Origin: Eledone cirrhosa
Taxonomy: Eukaryota
Assembly (NCBI GenBank): GCA_964016885.1
Contig: OZ024740.1
Span: 138,632,001-138,696,000, forward strand
DNA: 64,000 nucleotides
Direction: 5' to 3'
Positions 1-13,859 of this stretch are shown here, piece after piece; position 1 is the stretch's first letter; every line of letters starts with the position of its first letter. Below the pieces are notes generated by a model that worked only from the letters and a program-made list of their open reading frames with translations, had not been told where the DNA came from and ran no database searches. A program made the translations under genes and the position numbers.

Positions 1-765
1 GTCTGCCGACTTATCAAGAGGATACCTCATTTTACTAGTCTCAAGAACGCGTCTACACGACGTGAGAAAGAATCCCAAAAGGCGGAGGGGGAGATAGTCA
101 CGCGATATAACGGTCGATTGGGTGCGGATGCATTCATGTATATATGTGTGCGTCCGCATGTATCTGTGTGTTTCTAAATATATTAATAACTCCCTCTGGT
201 CGAGCAATCTTTGAGGTGTGGGGACAACTGGAAGGCTTCCATTACTCATACTTCTCGCCTTCTTCACTACCTCTTCTACGGCCTCGATATGAATACCCCC
301 TCCGCCTCCGTGGTATTTTCTTCGTGGTTATAAGAGGCTTAGCTCTGTTTCTCGACCGTTATATCGCGTGACTATCTCCCCCTCCGCCTTTTGGGATTCT
401 TTCTCACGTCGTGTAGACGCGTTCTTGAGACTAGTAAAATGAGGTATCCTCTTGATAAGTCGGCAGACCTCGCAAGGACTCTATATCTTTGATATATTGT
501 TTTTGTTTATGCCACGAAACTACGTAGTCGAGGAATTTAGGAACAGTTTAGGTATGATACATTTTATTACTAATTATATCTAAATGTTTCTTCTCTCTTC
601 ATAATGTATTTTTAACTCTGATACTGGTTCAGTCTAGTTCAAACTGAATTGGTCTGTCCCAGTCATTCATTGAGCAACATCGGTGAAGTTGGCACCCTTA
701 ACTCACAGTTGGGTGCGGATGCATTCATGTATATATGTGTGCGTCCGCATGTATCTGTGTGTTTC

Positions 766-774
<9 letters not shown>
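1..774 (+). mobile_element. Penelope-like terminal repeat (pLTR) fragment with inverted and direct repeats
   Basis: 1-117 is the reverse complement of 352-468, and 118-183 recurs at 709-774. Contains a hammerhead motif and ends in (TA)n. An inverted plus direct pLTR layout is typical of Penelope-like elements. Confidence 0.65.
447..534 (+). ncRNA. Type I hammerhead ribozyme, U3-A8 core variant
   Basis: Stem I TCCTC/GAGGA; core TTGATAA; long stem II GT(C)GGCA...TGCCAC; GAAA; palindromic stem III CTACGTAG; TC cleavage site at 528-529. Confidence 0.65.
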
Positions 775-800
<26 letters not shown>

Positions 801-1127
801 ATAATAATAAATTTGAAGACTAAAATCCAAAGAGGGCTCGATAAGGATAAATATATATCAAATATATAAGAACCGTAGAGCAAATATTTATTAAAATAAC
901 AGATTAAAGTTTAAGCAAAGAATCGCTGCTTTCACCCTTAACGGGATCTTTTGAAACTAACAAAGTCAATCTGTAAACGCAGAAGTGGATATTTCAAAAA
1001 ACGTTGCAACCGGAGGAAGACAGGAAGACGATACTTTTGTTCGTGGAAACGTTCCCTTCACAAAACATACAGGTAATATGTACTTACCTATGCAAATAAG
1101 TAATGGTATAAACATAACATATACTTA

Positions 1128-1425
1128 CATGCATACCCATTCTTTTCGTTACCCTCTAAGAAGGAATATGACGTCACTTTCAGCTTATATCTGGAGTCTA
1201 AAAGACAACCACACCCAATATAAGTTACACTGGGAGATCCTAGCTAGAGCTGGATCGTATAACGGTAATAAAAGACCATGTGACCTCTGCACCGCTGAGG
1301 CCCTGGAAATACTCTACGCCACAGACCACATCTTAAACAAAAAATCTGAGGCAATTTCGGCTTGTAAACATAAATTGCACAAAACTTTCCTGTATTACAG
1401 CCCCACGTTATATCCTAACGGATAG
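1128..1425 (+). pseudogene. C-terminal part of a Penelope-type GIY-YIG endonuclease
   Basis: HSFR...TSLSAYIWSLKD...WEIL...Y...CDLC..E..I...LNKKSE...CKH matches the recalled PLE endonuclease C-terminus. The first ~48 codons of ORF 985..1425 are antisense pLTR. Confidence 0.75.
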
Positions 1426-1635
1426 TACGATCTATACGTGGATATTTTACGTCTTGATGTGGTAGCTAAGTATATGTTTTGTTTATACCATTACTTATTT
1501 GCATAGGTAAGTACATATTACCTGTATGTTTTGTGAAGGGAACGTTTCCACGAACAAAAGTATCGTCTTCCTGTCTTCCTCCGGTTGCAACGTTTTTTGA
1601 AATATCCACTTCTGCGTTTACAGATTGACTTTGTT

Positions 1636-1686
1636 AGTTTCAGAAGATCCCGTTAAGGGTGAAAGCAGCGATTCTTTGCTTAAACT
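1636..1686 (+). ncRNA. Hammerhead-like motif with CAGAAGA core
   Basis: Stem I AGTTT/AAACT; CAGAAGA; stem II CCC-GTTAA-GGG; GAAA; stem III GCA...TGC; TT. Further copies near 905-955(-), 6156-6206(-) and 41213-41258(+). Confidence 0.5.
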
Positions 1687-1946
1687 TTAATTTGTTATTT
1701 TAATAAATATATATATATATATATATATCCAAGAGATGTCAACATGAATGGACCTGTTATTTTTATCTAAGGACATTTTCTCTAATTCCAACCCGCCTGC
1801 CCCTTCAATCTATCTTATTTCCCATTGTTTCTTCTGATTAAGGACTAGCGTCCGAAACGTCAGTACCCTCTTCCTGCTATTTCAAGCATTGACCTAATAC
1901 ATTCCTTCCATATACTGTACTGATTGTGTTGTTATTTCTAATTATC

Positions 1947-1985
<39 letters not shown>

Positions 1986-2024
1986 AACACACACACACAC
2001 ACACACATATATATAAGTTTGTTT

Positions 2025-2099
<75 letters not shown>

Positions 2100-2854
2100 A
2101 TATAGTGAAAAAAAGTGTGTGGACGTTAGAAAACGGATACAGATCACGTTATATAAGGAAAAATTATATATATATATATATATATATGTAAATGTCAAAG
2201 AGATTTTTTCAGTGAGATATGAAAACATTAATTTATTTACAATACCGGTTTCAGCATTAAATGCATTGTCAATTGCGGATATGCAGAATATTGTTAAGTT
2301 GAATATTTGTACAAATAGTGATAATAGTAATAATAATGATGAAGGCAATAAAAATAAAATAAAAACAGGAAAAAAAAAAATTTTCACATACATGTTCATT
2401 CAGAGAAGTCATTTCTCTGTGTCGGTCCTACTTTGCTTATAGGTTGGTTGGACAACTTGCGTGTTAATTTTCTACATTCGATATATATATATAACATCCA
2501 CAGATATATATATATATAACACACACACACACACAGCCATATACAGCTCTCCTTAACTTTCTGTCCCTTTATCTTTAAATCAATATGGCTATCTTTATTT
2601 TTATCTCTTCCCCCTCTTTCTTTCGTTTTCTCTCTATCTATTTAACTATATCTATGTTTCTAGCTTCCCACAGCTTTTTAGTGCCCAATTATTTTCGTGA
2701 ATCTGAAATTCCAGGGTTGTGAGATTGATACAATTGACGTTCAGTTTAGAGATCCACAAGCCAGGAATTGATGTGAGGTGGGTAGAATAAGGGAGCGTAA
2801 ATCCAGAAAGTTTTATATTCTGTGGATGTTGGATTATATTTGTTTGTATCATTT

Positions 2855-3305
2855 GGATTGGCAGTGTCGGTAGAGTGTCGGGCACTATGTTACACGGCAT
2901 TGAGTTACGACTCTTTATGTTCCGATTTCAAATCCCACCAACGTTAGTTTTGCCTTTCATCCTTACGGCGTCAATAAAATAAAGTACCAGTAATGCACTG
3001 GAGTAGATTTATTCGATCCCCCCCCCCTAAATTTTGGCCCTGTGCCTAAATCAGAAAACATTATCATAACTAATATGAGAGCAGTGGATTGGTAGAATCA
3101 TCGGAGCGTCTGTCGGATAAAATGTCTCCTCACATTTGTTCCGGCTCTTTACGATCTGAGTTCAAATCCAGCCGATGTCAACTTTACGTTTTATCCTTCC
3201 GGGTTCGATAAAATAAAGTACCAGTCAAAAATTGGATCGACATGATCGACTTTTTTTCCATCCTCACAAATTGCAGACCTTGTGCATGGATTAGAAATCA
3301 TTATG
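2855..3305 (+). mobile_element. Two tandem tRNA-derived SINEs with a Nin/Deu-type central domain (octopus OK-like)
   Basis: A-box-like TGGCAGTGTCGG, B-box-like GAGTTCAAATCC, and central GCCTTTCATCCTT..GTCGATAAAATAAAGTACCAGT. Confidence 0.75.
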
Positions 3306-3689
3306 ACAATTAATTTGTTACTGGCAAATACATGTAAATTTGCTGATAGATTCAAGCCATATGTGAAATATAAGCCCTGTTTCAAATTATAATAGACCCA
3401 GACAAGTGGTAAAATACAGGTCTCATTTAAAATTACTCTTCCAGTATTTTAGTAATCAGTGCTAAATGGATATGAGTAATACGTGTGTTACGAGTATATA
3501 CTAGTACATATATTGTAACCTTTTACCAAAGGGGTCCTGAAGGACTCTCCTTTTAATTATAGACCCATGCCTACTGAACCTCATGCTCTTTCGCTTAACT
3601 CTGCTCGGGCCCAGTTACTGGTCCTAAAACTGAATAACAATTCCTTACGTTAGTCCAAGATCAGAAAGTTATACAGAAGGTTACTATGG

Positions 3690-4045
3690 TTGATATAATC
3701 GGCTTGGAGTATATTACTGGCGTTATTTCATTGGCACAGCAATGATGAAAGACGAAGTCAACATGGAAGAGATTTTAACTGAAAACCATGATAAATAGCG
3801 CAAGGCATTTTGATCAGTTCTTTGGTCACCTCCCATTCTCCCTCAGAATAAATATTTGTTTGTCATTGACAAAAGGGCAGAAAACTGAGGGTGGGGGAAA
3901 GTCGATTGGATCGACTCCAGTACAAAAGACGTACTTTATTTTATCGACTACGGAAAGACGAAGGGCAAAGTTGACCTGTGTGGAATCTGACCTCAGAAAG
4001 TAGGTAATTTTGTCCGACGTTTTACCGATACCGCCAATCCACCGA
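3690..4045 (-). mobile_element. Degenerate copies of the same SINE
   Basis: Reverse-complement central domain (GTACTTTATTTTATCGAC...AAGGGCAAAGTTGACC) and head (CCGATACCGCCAATCCACCG). Confidence 0.65.
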
Positions 4046-4422
4046 CTTTCCTCAAATAAATAATAAATATAATATGCAAATATACTGACATATCTGTGAA
4101 AGAAATGAAATATATACACATAAGTTGATGGATAAGTATGATTACGAAAGGTCGGGTAACTGATCAAGATCGTTTGCATGTATATGTATATAATATGATA
4201 CCTGATATACATGTGTTCGTGTGTATGTATGTATGTATGTATGTATGTATGTATGTATGTATGTATGTATGTATGTATGTATGTATGTATGTGTGTGTGT
4301 GCGTTTAGGCGTGGGGTGAGTGATCCTGTGGTGGTGTCACATACATATATAAATATTATTCCTTTTTTTTTTTTACTTTTCTATACCCCCTCTCTCTCAC
4401 ACACATTCACGCACACAAACAT

Positions 4423-4504
<82 letters not shown>

Positions 4505-4513
4505 GTATGTGTG

Positions 4514-5132
4514 TATATCAAGATAAGCAGAACAAGTAAAATTCAACCAATTTTTCAAAATAAATCAAAATTAAAAAATATAATATAAATATTTACCTAT
4601 TCGAGTAGCTCTTACTGTACAGTTTCACTTTGCAAAACATTAGATATCACATGGATATTAATGGAAAAGCAAAGATCATCAGAGAAGCATTTTCCTTTCC
4701 TAGGGTTAAAAACCCCAGGAACGATAAAATATATGACCTCACTCCAACTAATACAGGTCTGAAAGGTCGTGAAAGTAACCCATAAATACGTTGGTGTATA
4801 GTGAAGGCGGGAAATCGTAGACTTGTTGTCTATGTTCGCTACCCCAAAAAATTTTTAGCAGCTAGATAGAGCGACAGAAATTTTTCTCTACATAATCGGA
4901 GAATAATGAATAAGGTTAATATATCTGAGGGTACAATGTACCCCCAGAAATACATAGATTGTCTATGATTTAAGGTGGTTCTATGGTAATAATTTGATAT
5001 ACCAGAACTTAATATCAAGATAAGCAGAACAAGTAAAATTCAACCAATTTTTCAAAATAAATCAAAATTAATTTACAATTAAAATTAATCAAAATTAAAA
5101 AATATAATATAAATATTTACCTATTCGAGTAG
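4514..5132 (-). mobile_element. Tandem pLTR/retrozyme-like unit (~0.5 kb) with a hammerhead
   Basis: 4514-4608 is repeated at ~5013-5132; hammerhead on the minus strand; flanked by TA/TG microsatellites. Confidence 0.65.
4608..4688 (-). ncRNA. Type I hammerhead ribozyme
   Basis: Minus strand reads GCTTCT-CTGATGA-TCTTTGC...GCAAAGT-GAAA-CTGTACAG-TA-AGAGC; palindromic stem III. Confidence 0.75.
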
Positions 5133-5155
5133 ATATATAGATATATATGAGTGTA

Positions 5156-5184
<29 letters not shown>

Positions 5185-5187
<3 letters not shown>

Positions 5188-5377
5188 GGAACGAGTAGGA
5201 CTCCGACGGCTGAGCTCAAGCCGTTTCGACGGCTAATTCTGGACTGAATTAGCCGTCGAAATGGCTTGAGCTCAGCCGTCGGGGTCCTACTCGTTCCTAT
5301 TACCCACTCTACTACCCTAAGTATTGAGTACTTTGGTGCGTTATGGTCCACCTGGTTCCTTACCACATTTCCTCCGT

Positions 5378-5380
<3 letters not shown>
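5185..5380. mobile_element. Fold-back repeat family copy (others at 5768-5900 and 38405-38611), probably pLTR-derived
   Basis: Near-perfect hairpin 5185-5300 plus a shared unique arm; three copies in the window, all beside (TA)n. Confidence 0.55.
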
Positions 5381-5466
<86 letters not shown>

Positions 5467-5927
5467 GAAAGGTATAGAAAATATTGTAGCAAAAAGCCAA
5501 CAGTATTCCATACTATATAATTTGTCAAACCAACGTGGTATTTCAACCTTCGTAATTTAGACACACAATTTACTGTGTTTATTACTACATATATTATTAT
5601 ATAATGCTCAGTATTTACATTTTTATATTTGTTCATCTACCTATCTATGTTTCTATTGGCCCTTCCTGATTCCAACCGTCTTTCTATCTATTTATAAATC
5701 CATGTTGCTTCACTCAGCTCTGCCTCTTCCCACTCTCTCTCTCTTTATAATATATATATATATATATATAACAAAGGAATTGTGGTAAGGAACCAGATTA
5801 ACCATAACGCACCAGAGTACTCAATACTTAGGGTAGTAGAGTGGGAAATAGGAAAAAGTATGACCCCGACGGCAGAGCTCAAGCCGTTTCAACAGCTATT
5901 GATATATATATATCAGCACAGACGTAC

Positions 5928-5976
<49 letters not shown>

Positions 5977-6008
5977 TGTATTTGTGTAAGCGTAGACATG
6001 TGTAGTGG

Positions 6009-6035
<27 letters not shown>

Positions 6036-6039
<4 letters not shown>

Positions 6040-6249
6040 ATAATAGTAATAATAATAAATTTGAAGACTAAAATCCAAAGAGGGCTCGATAAGGATAAAT
6101 ATATATCAAATATATAAGAACCGTAGAGCAATTATTTATTAAAATAACAGATTAAAGTTTAAGCAAAGAATCGCTGCTTTCACCCTTAACGGGATCTTCT
6201 GAAACTAACACAGTCAATCTGTAAACGCAGAACTGGATATTTCAAAAAC
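6036..6249 (-). mobile_element. Solo pLTR fragment of the 798-1710 family
   Basis: Near-identical to 798-1000; set in (TA)n. Confidence 0.75.
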
Positions 6250-6291
6250 TTGTGTAAGCGTAGACATGTGTAGTGTAGACATGTGTAGTGG

Positions 6292-6379
<88 letters not shown>

Positions 6380-6381
<2 letters not shown>

Positions 6382-7299
6382 GTGCGAAATTCCTTCCTTG
6401 CTCACATTTCAACCAGGTTTGATGGTCTTTATTCTCTCGTTCACGATTCCACCGAATTTATATTCATAGAAATCTGGGACTTGTTTCTTTCTTCTTCATC
6501 ACTCTCTGTTGCTTAAACCATTTTGTTTATTTACCCTAGCGTCCCCTTTATTTACGTGTCCCAACGACTTTTTTTAGCCGTTGCTCGCACCAACCTGAGG
6601 TATATGGCCTTTAAAGCGACAAAATGCCTACGACGGTTGGAAGGCCACTGATGAAGGACAAACTTTTTCATATGTAACCCATTTGCAACGCCGCAGCTCC
6701 ATTATTATCATATTTACACATATATTTTTTCCTCTGCTGCCACCAGTCTGTTTCGTTCTTTGTATCTTTACCCTTTCTAGCAGTCTCTCTCTCTCTGTTA
6801 GCCTCTTCCTCACCTTTCACTCACTCACTCTCTGTCACTACCTCTCCTCCTCCCCTTTCTTCCCGTTTGACCTGTCCGTAATCCTTTTCTCGCGGGCACT
6901 TGGCCAAGCCGGTATGAATTTTTTTTCTCTCTCTCTCGTCTGCGACTTCACAGAACTTATGTTTACCGAATTCGCAGACCAGACCCCTTCTTCCTCCCGT
7001 TAGACCTGTGCGAAATTCCTTCCTTGCTCACATTTCAACCAGGTTTGATGGTCTTTATTCTCTCGTTCACGATTCCACCGAATTTATATTCATAGAAATC
7101 TGGGACTTGTTTCTTTCTTCTTCAATACTTTCTGTTGCTTAAACCATTTTGTTTATTTACCCTCGCGTCCCCTTTATTTACGTGTCCCAACGACTTCTTT
7201 TAGCCGTTGCTCGCACCAACCTGAGGTATATGGCCTTTAAAGCGACGAAATGCCTACGACGGTTGGAAGGCCACTGATGAAGGACAAACTTTTTCATAT
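6380..7299. repeat. Unclassified interspersed repeat, ~1.5 tandem units (period ~626 bp)
   Basis: 6380-6673 is nearly identical to 7006-7299; a diverged relative lies at ~53780-53965. Confidence 0.7.
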
Positions 7300-7343
7300 A
7301 TATATATATATATATATACCACTACACATGTCTACGCTTACAC

Positions 7344-7446
<103 letters not shown>

Positions 7447-7608
7447 TAATATACATACATTATAAAATGAAAGAATCTATATAAGTATATTATTCTCCAA
7501 GCAATCAATGAATATATTTTCTAGTGAATAATTCCATTTCTTATGAATTCTTAAAGTCGTTTTTACCCATTTATTTATTTATTTATTCATTTATTATTAT
7601 TTTTATTA

Positions 7609-7667
<59 letters not shown>

Positions 7668-7864
7668 GTTGTTGTTGTTGTTATTTTCTATGTGCGTCTT
7701 ATATCTATATGTTATAGGTTTCCACTCATTATATATCTCCTTAAAGCTTACTCCAGTTAAGAACCAACACTAGCGCCATTCTTTCTAATTTTCTATTTAT
7801 TTATTTATTGTTTTTGCTTCTTCTCCTTCTTCCATCTGTTACACGTATTCCCATTCTTACCTAT

Positions 7865-7867
<3 letters not shown>

Positions 7868-7942
<75 letters not shown>

Positions 7943-8240
7943 CATACATATATATATATATATACATATATATATACATATATATATGTGTGTGAGAGAG
8001 AAAGTGTGTGTGTCTGTGCACGTGTGTGTGTATAATGTATATCTATCTATCTCTCTCTCTCTCTCCCTCTCTATATATATATATACATACATACATACAC
8101 ACACACATATATATATACACATAGATACATATATATATAAATATATATATATATACATATATACTGTATATATACGACCTGTGCTCGTGAATTTTTTCAT
8201 ATATATATATATATACTGTATATATATATATATATATATA

Positions 8241-8295
<55 letters not shown>

Positions 8296-8341
8296 TATAT
8301 ATATATATATGCACACATATATATGCATATATATATATATA

Positions 8342-8403
<62 letters not shown>

Positions 8404-8421
8404 TATATATATATATATATA
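7868..8421. repeat. Compound (TA)n/(CA)n/(TC)n microsatellite block
   Basis: Seen directly. Confidence 0.95.
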
Positions 8422-8598
8422 TGAATGCATGTATTTTTACTTTTAACTGTTACATGTATTCCCATCTCTTCAGAGACTCCAACCATATTTCTATATCTCT
8501 GAGTAAGTTTTTAAACCCTCTTTTCAAATCCACTTAACTTATTCTCTATTCTCATGGCACCAATTTCTCTTCGTTGGTTGTATATCCAATACATAGAC

Positions 8599-8676
<78 letters not shown>

Positions 8677-8678
8677 TC

Positions 8679-8729
<51 letters not shown>

Positions 8730-8944
8730 CTCTCTATCTATCTATCTATCTACCTATGTATCTCACACACTCACGTATATTGAGTTAGAATCACCAACAA
8801 CTTTTTTGAAATTTCTTCCTTTTCTTTCTTGAATTTTCATCTTCATCTTCTTTTTCTCCGCCATCTCCGCTTACCTCCATTACGCTATTTTTGTCACATT
8901 TCCTTCACAACCACCCCCATCACCACCACAACTGCCACCGTAAA

Positions 8945-9019
<75 letters not shown>

Positions 9020-9089
9020 CATCATCATCATCACCATCACCTTAATCTCAATCACTACCCCTACCAGCATAATCCCTACTATAATTCAA

Positions 9090-9465
9090 GGAAAAACAAC
9101 ACTGGGTAGGGTTTACATTGAGTAAAGGAAAGGGAAAAACAGTAGGTATAAAAATAACACATTATAGATATAACACAATAACGAATGTCCACTAGGATCA
9201 GTTCCCCAATAAGAGACGAATGCAGTTTAGTGTACTTCCAAGGAGACCCCCCTCCCCGGATTAGTCTGTGGCCTCAGGGGCCATTGAAAGTACCCTCTCG
9301 CTGTTTCTTTGCTCCATCTTTCATAAAACATACTAGAAGGCAGCATCTTCCTCTTTACCATCACCTTCCTCTTCAAGTCCCCCTTGAAAAAGTTGAGAGC
9401 TTCGCTGGAATAGAAGATTCTTGTCCTCAAACCTTTTAGCCCTCTTGTTGTTATCAACTCAGCCA
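9090..9465 (-). pseudogene. Decayed 3' end of a Tx1-like ORF2
   Basis: RGLKGLRTRIF...FFK..LKRKV...MLPSSMFYERW aligns with the intact copy's TRLKGLRSGTF...FF..HFGRRI...VLHPSRFYERW. Confidence 0.6.
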
Positions 9466-10467
9466 AACCGGCTCTGGTTCTATAAAACAAAACCACCTAG
9501 TTTATATTAAAATCTTCCAGCATAATTTTGTAGTAGAACCTTACATTAAGTTATTATCTTAGTAATGAAACAATAAATAATTTTAATAATTCCCTCAACA
9601 TTCTTCATTAATTAATTGAAACAGAGTATAGTTCATTAGAAATGTGGTCATGAAAGGGTTAGACGTGTCCACCATACACTTTGCCTGAAGCTAAATACCA
9701 AAAGAAGAACAAGAACAACAACATCACAGCACCATTACCAACAACAACGTTAACCAAAATATAGAAAAATGTTCAAAACTAGAATGTGTATTTGACCTAT
9801 TCAGAGTTTAAGACAATTATCTAAGATCATTCTAGATAAATATAGTAAGAGAAACACGGGGGTGGGGTGTTTAGAAATCGATATCTTAAGCAGGTTTATC
9901 GGTTAAATGTGAAGTAGGTCGTTTAGATTTTTAAGACGTTCTCAGTGAAGAGAAGTAAATTAATAAAAGCGGAGCCGTGTAAAGTTGGTAATGGGCTTAG
10001 GCCAGATGCGAAATGTACTCCACATCACCCAAGCTGGCCATAGGACCAGATATAAAATGTAAGGGAGTTGGCCCTTTCAGAGCAATACAACTTTGGTGAC
10101 TGCCTCCCTCCATCCTCCACTTTATTCTTGCCTGAGTTGACGAAACAACGAGGAGGGTCTCAAGGTGGTCGCTCGGCCTGGTAGAAAATACAGTCAGAGT
10201 TCCACCAATTCCAACCTGCGGTCTTAAAAATATTCCAAAAATACGGGATAATCACAACGAAGAAGAAGAAGAAGAAGAAGAAGAAGAAGAAGAAGAAGAA
10301 GAAGAAGAAGAAGAAAGTAAGTAAGTACGTAAAGTACTCAATACATTAGTAGAGTGCAAACATCAGATTTAATATGTATTGAGTACCTTACTAAACAGTA
10401 TTACAATGGCAGATGGCTTTACTGACGATTTCTTTCGAAAAAAACAGTTCTAGTCCTGTAGAAGCCA

Positions 10468-10516
<49 letters not shown>

Positions 10517-11090
10517 GCATAAATATGTATATATGCATAAATATGTATATATAATATGTGTGTATAAATATGTATGTATATATATATATGTATGTATGTG
10601 TACATACATATTTCGCGGAAGCCTAGGCATTGATTGATGTCACGTATCTGATAATTTTGTCACAATAAAGCATTTTGAACCTTCATTCAGTTTTCTCTGG
10701 GTCTAACAGAAGATACAAGGATTCTCTCTCTATATATATATATAAATATATGTGTGTTTATGTATGTATCCATGCATGTATATGTATCTAGACATTGGAT
10801 TTATTGTTTAATATATTTTTAATGTGAAATAAGCTTGGAATGAATGAGAAAAGTATGTTTACATATCGTTTAAATAGAATATTTTAAAATATATATAAAG
10901 AGACCGTAGGATTGAATACGAGGTGTAAACCAAGTGGGAATTGAACACACTGAGTTGTCATTCTTTTTCTATTTTATTCAGTTGCTTGTTCTCTTTGTAT
11001 AACTTGCAAAACAACGTATTTGAAAAAATGTAAATACATATAAACAATCAAACGCAAAAAAACACACATGCACATACACACACACACACG

Positions 11091-11183
<93 letters not shown>

Positions 11184-11759
11184 ATGAATAGACATAACAC
11201 TCAAATAAATATAGATAGTTATATTTATAGTTTTTATAGAATTTTCGAGAAGACTACTACTAAAATAGGACTCAATACATAATGCACACCTGTTTTATAC
11301 ATACATACAGAACCAGAGAGAGTGCGGCTAATTAGGAAATTGAAGTACAGTCCATTAATGGAATTGTAAAAATATGTAAAACATTACATTTTTAGTATGT
11401 AATAGTTGCATATATATTCGTATAGATATATACGTATACACGTATATAATCATACGTATATGCACACAAATAACTCAAAATATACAGATATATACATGCA
11501 ATAATATCCATACCTGCAGACACACACAAACACATACAGCCATAATTATCTATTTGAGGTGGTCTAAATTCCAACGGAAGAGTTTGTTTCTGTTTAGAAA
11601 CCGTTTCTCCCTCCCCCTCTCCCACTCTTTGTAACCCTCTTTCTCCTTCTCTCTCTTTTCTCCCTCTCTCTCTCTATTGGCGAAAAAGAAAGACAACAGA
11701 AAGACATATATACATACATGTCCGAACAACGGCCACATTTTAGAACAAACAAAATTATC

Positions 11760-11990
11760 GGACATTGGCAAAAACGTGCTATTTGGTTGATTAAACCACG
11801 AAGTGATTTACATGTCATATCACACCGTGCAGTTAAGTTTTACGCCTGCTTGAGTTTGATTGGCGTTCCATGCTTTGTGGTGCCGTGTTAACCTGCTTGC
11901 AAAGTGAAACACTTTGGTACTGATGCTACATACAAAATCAAGGTGTATGGGGTACTTAAATGTGTTATTTCCATGAGTATGACATCCGCT
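11760..11990 (-). pseudogene. Degenerate C2H2-like LINE 3' fragment (RTE-like); relative at 14815-15010(+)
   Basis: Shared peptide LTRHHKA..AN.T.AG; Cys/His spacing resembles RTE C-termini. Confidence 0.4.
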
Positions 11991-12249
11991 ATAGCTTAGT
12001 AGTTCAGCCTTTAACATAAATACACGTCCGCATACATACACACATGATGGCTGCAAACTCTGCTAAGAGTATTGCAATCGCTTGGCAGATTACAGAAAAT
12101 GGTGCACTTTTAGGCTACGGCCAGCTACACGAACCTGTAACATATCCTGAACAAGCAATGCCTATGCTTTGAAGGTTTTTTAAGTGGGGAAAGGCCTTGC
12201 ACTCGACCAATCACACTCTCTGAGCATCAAAAACACTACCCGAAAAGGA

Positions 12250-12600
12250 GAACTGGTCATACATACATCGGAGGAATATGTTGGGACTGATGGGTCAAAG
12301 GAATACTGGTGGAATATAAAAATAAAAATCACCATAAAATACAAACACGACCGGCCTAATATTATAGTTTGGGACCATACATTAAAAACACGCTCTATTG
12401 TGAAAATTAGCTGCCAACTTGATGTCAAGGAGGATACTTACTGACTATTGATAAAGTGTTTGCAGATCCAGTATCCAAGATACATGTACATTATTATTGC
12501 AGCTACAGGTTTGACTGAACTTGGATTTGTGGAGAAAGAAGGTAGCACCTTAAAACAAGCTAAAAATGGCCGCGATATCCGTAACCTTCAACATTTGTAA
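12250..12600 (+). pseudogene. Fragment of a restriction-like-endonuclease non-LTR element (R4/NeSL-type)
   Basis: YWWN..I.....KHDRPNIIVWD.....IVKISCQLDV resembles the RPD...E.SCP.D endonuclease motif. Confidence 0.55.
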
Positions 12601-12799
12601 AGAATTCTTACGCTTACACAAGGGACGATGAACCTTTTCTTTTCTTTACAATTTTGCCACCGGGAAGGTGGCCGGTTAAAAGTAAACTAAAAATTCAGAG
12701 ACTATATGGAAGTAAAAAGTTTGCTACGCAAAACTGATGATCGCCAAGGATGTGGTGATAGTGGTTGTTTTGAAATCGGTTGTCGTAGTAGTGGGGGAT

Positions 12800-12875
<76 letters not shown>

Positions 12876-13160
12876 GTTATAGAGACGTTAGTGTTGGTGG
12901 TCTTGGTGATAATAGTAGTAGAGAAAGTTATAGGAACGATAGTGTTTGTGGTGGCGGCGGCGGCGGTGATGGTGGTGGTAATATTAGTAGTAGTAGTAGT
13001 AGTTTTCGGTATAAAAGCCCGAGATCGAATTTCTGTAGTTCCGGTTCATGACGAATGACAATAATTAAAGCAAAATAGGAACTTTGATTTAAACACAGCT
13101 GATTAAGAAAAAGAGAGATAAGAGCAGGATGAGGGAGTGAGTGAGTGAGTAAGAGAGAGA

Positions 13161-13211
<51 letters not shown>

Positions 13212-13358
13212 GAGGGGGAGATGGAGAGAGAGAGGGAGAAGAAAGAAAATGGAGAAAGGAGAAAAGATGACAGTGAAAAGAGAAAGTGAAAGTGGGTAGA
13301 CGAGATAAAGACAGGGAAAAGAGGTGGGAAATAAGGGAGGAGGAGAGAGAGAGAGAGA

Positions 13359-13422
<64 letters not shown>

Positions 13423-13557
13423 AGAGAATTAGAGAAAGTAAATAAAAAGCAGAGATAGTAGAGAGCGAAAGGAGGAGAGAGGGTGAGGACAGTAAAAGAA
13501 GGACAGGCAGTGACACATATACATAGAGACAGAGAGAGAGAGAGAGAGTGAGAGAAA

Positions 13558-13641
<84 letters not shown>

Positions 13642-13859
13642 AGAATTATGAGATGTTTCAGTTTGGCGCTTTTAGCAAAATTCTTGGCTTCTTTGAAAAA
13701 TATTTCGGGAAATATTTAGAAAACCGTGGCGTTGTATATTTGTTTGTCTGTTTGTCTGTTCCTCCTAACAAAAGGAATTCTTTATATGAATATGTCCTTG
13801 GAATCAAGTTATGGAATATGGTATATTTCATGATGACTTTGTGGAAAAACAGATCCAGA

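Larger units (their letters stand above)
798..1710 (+). mobile_element. 5'-truncated Penelope-like element: inverted pLTR + GIY-YIG endonuclease C-terminus + pLTR
   Basis: About 884-1127 is an inverted copy of about 1468-1710. The element is flanked by (TA)n on both sides. Confidence 0.8.

Noticed and set aside
1834-1866. Degenerate hammerhead CTGATTAAGGACTAGCGTCCGAAACGTC (and 40687-40729 minus)
   Set aside because: Core mutated and/or stem I poor; probably dead relics, so not counted.
2855-3305. tRNA genes
   Set aside because: The A/B-box-like motifs belong to SINE heads; no cloverleaf.
6648-6700. CTGATGA hammerhead start (also 7266, 53909, 12744, 16454 minus)
   Set aside because: No matching stem II/GAAA/stem I could be closed.
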